Below, in pieces: positions 62,672 through 64,000 of a stretch of 64,000 nt of DNA. Position 1 is the first letter of the stretch, and every line of letters starts with the position of its first letter. The position numbers and the translations under genes were made by a program. The notes below the pieces were generated by a model. It saw nothing but the letters and a program-made list of their open reading frames with translations, was not told where the DNA came from and searched no databases. Origin of the DNA: Escherichia coli (lineage in GTDB: Bacteria; Pseudomonadota; Gammaproteobacteria; Enterobacterales; Enterobacteriaceae); NCBI RefSeq assembly GCF_045037415.1, contig NZ_CP173438.1. The stretch is one strand, 5' to 3'.

Positions 62672-63807
62672 GGATTGCACCAATTAATCAAGTTTGTATT
62701 GGCTAGTTGGTGGCATATACCTTCACGATCCTTATTCGTTACGTGAATGGCAAGTGGGTGCGCACCAAGTTGCAGGGTCTGAGCGGCCTTGACGGTATTT
62801 TTTAACCGAAGGAGTGGAGTCCCTGTCAGGTCAGAGGTGTAGTGATACAGACCATCATCAAACTCTACAAGTAAAGAATTAAAGAATTCTTGATTCGCCA
62901 TTTGGTCCCTAGCGAGTTCCTTTAGCCCTTCCGAGCAATAAAAAGTTATTCGGGACCGTTCAAAGAGTTTTACATGGCTGATACTTGATTGAAAATCAAC
63001 TAAATCTCGCACGTTGGTTTTGATATCAGCGCTGATAACTGAAAAGAGTTGTTCAATATATACAGTTTCAATGGGAGCCACAGATGATGGGGGCCTAGTT
63101 GGTGGATCCCGCTCAATTAATGGTGCGCCAAAGACCATAAGATGAAAAGAGGTTTTACTGTGTTCGGCAAGTATCTCAATAGGCTGTTTTGCATGAAAAA
63201 TACTAAAATCAAACTCTTTAATATATTTTTCAAGTTCAGGCGTCAGGTCAACACTATGTTTCGATGTAATTTGCTTTGAAAAAGTTGCCCACTCGGATAG
63301 CATTTTCTCTTTGAGTTTAGTTGGATCATCTAGGAGGTCTTGGAATGGCGATGTTACCCCTTTATGTGTAACAAAATGGTATTGTGTAGGTACTGTGTAG
63401 TCCTTGATGAAAGTATAATAGATAACTTTTGCAACTTCGATGCCTGCCTTAGGAAGGCCTAAATTCGCATCATAATGTTTGCATTGATATAAGTGCCATC
63501 TTCGAGGAACAGCATCAGATGGATCAAGCCATACAACAATATCTCTGCCTTTATCTCCTGCCCCGCCACGTTGTTGTACTTCGTTGACATATTGCTGACC
63601 AGCTAAGTATTCAGAGGCCCATTCGAGTGTAAACCTTTCAAATTCGGCGGCGCTAAACTGTGCCAGACGATCCAAGGGGGCTATTGGAAGCCCTACACCT
63701 AACCCAAGCAGCCGAGCGTTCGCACCCGGCCACGTTGTAGGAGCAGAAAGCGCGCCAAGCGTCGAACTTGAATTTTGTTTCATCTTCTCTACCACCACAA
63801 CCTCCAT
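62668..63807 (-). CDS. Mrr-type PD-(D/E)xK nuclease fused to a long C-terminal domain (LmuA-like effector)
   Basis: 379 aa, with an alternative ATG at 63783. FERFTLEWASEYL...GGAGDKGRDIVVW...WHLYQCKHY matches the Mrr_cat pattern (D-G-x-D ... Q-x-K). Confidence 0.7.
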   Translation of the reverse strand: MEVVVVEKMKQNSSSTLGALSAPTTWPGANARLLGLGVGLPIAPLDRLAQFSAAEFERFTLEWASEYLAGQQYVNEVQQRGGAGDKGRDIVVWLDPSDAVPRRWHLYQCKHYDANLGLPKAGIEVAKVIYYTFIKDYTVPTQYHFVTHKGVTSPFQDLLDDPTKLKEKMLSEWATFSKQITSKHSVDLTPELEKYIKEFDFSIFHAKQPIEILAEHSKTSFHLMVFGAPLIERDPPTRPPSSVAPIETVYIEQLFSVISADIKTNVRDLVDFQSSISHVKLFERSRITFYCSEGLKELARDQMANQEFFNSLLVEFDDGLYHYTSDLTGTPLLRLKNTVKAAQTLQLGAHPLAIHVTNKDREGICHQLANTNLINWCNP

Positions 63808-64000
63808 GGAGAAGTGATATTAAATCTTTAGTCTTTTAAAATTTTACAAAATCTAACACAGTGCGCCAGGAAAGTAATTGACTAAGGTTCCCCACACACA
63901 AGAGCAAATCTTAACCTTGCTACGGGACATAACTACTTCCGCCCCACCGGCTACCCAGTCATCGACAGTTTGGCAGCTCACTCCACTGTGCCGAGCATAA

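Overview
Escherichia coli-type chromosome segment. The core backbone matches my memory of the K-12 27-28 min region, in inverted orientation: rssB(5' end)-rssA-ychJ-purU-tRNA-Tyr ... narIJHG-narK / narX-narL-ychO-ychN-chaC-chaB-chaA-rdl/ldr-kdsA-sirB1-sirB2-prmC-prfA-hemA / lolB-ispE-prs-dauA-ychH-pth-ychF. Two accessory blocks interrupt it. (1) 2.7-9.7 kb: a seven-gene minus-strand operon of lipid-type enzymes, with every gene junction overlapping. It runs KAS III, SDR, MBL hydrolase, F390-synthetase-like adenylating enzyme, PAP2-type phosphotransferase, FA-hydroxylase/sterol-desaturase, FA-desaturase. It sits between the 3' end of a single tRNA-Tyr and narI and carries no integrase. (2) From about 38.45 kb to the window end: a mosaic island downstream of the ychF terminator. 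It starts with a P4-type integrase and three TGAGTACA repeats, followed by an IS3-family element whose orfB is split by a 2269-bp group II intron, IS21 and IS30 remnants, and a large-membrane-protein/exported-protein pair. It then carries an internal module with a second tyrosine recombinase, AlpA, a stand-alone 465-aa family-A (Pol I-like) polymerase domain protein, a small-protein/papain-like peptidase/RadC-JAB operon and a Mu-like c/ner switch driving small envelope genes. It ends in an AT-rich three-gene operon (Mrr-type nuclease, small helical protein, Rad50-like ABC ATPase) with Lamassu/ABC-3C architecture. The best novelty candidates are the Pol A-like replication module, the Lamassu-like operon, the peptidase/JAB operon, the c/ner-controlled cargo and the tRNA-Tyr lipid operon. 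Caveat: three single-base frameshifts (narL, the intron RT/maturase, the exported protein) could be real pseudogenisation or assembly indel errors. All family assignments rest on motif reading and memory; no database search was run.
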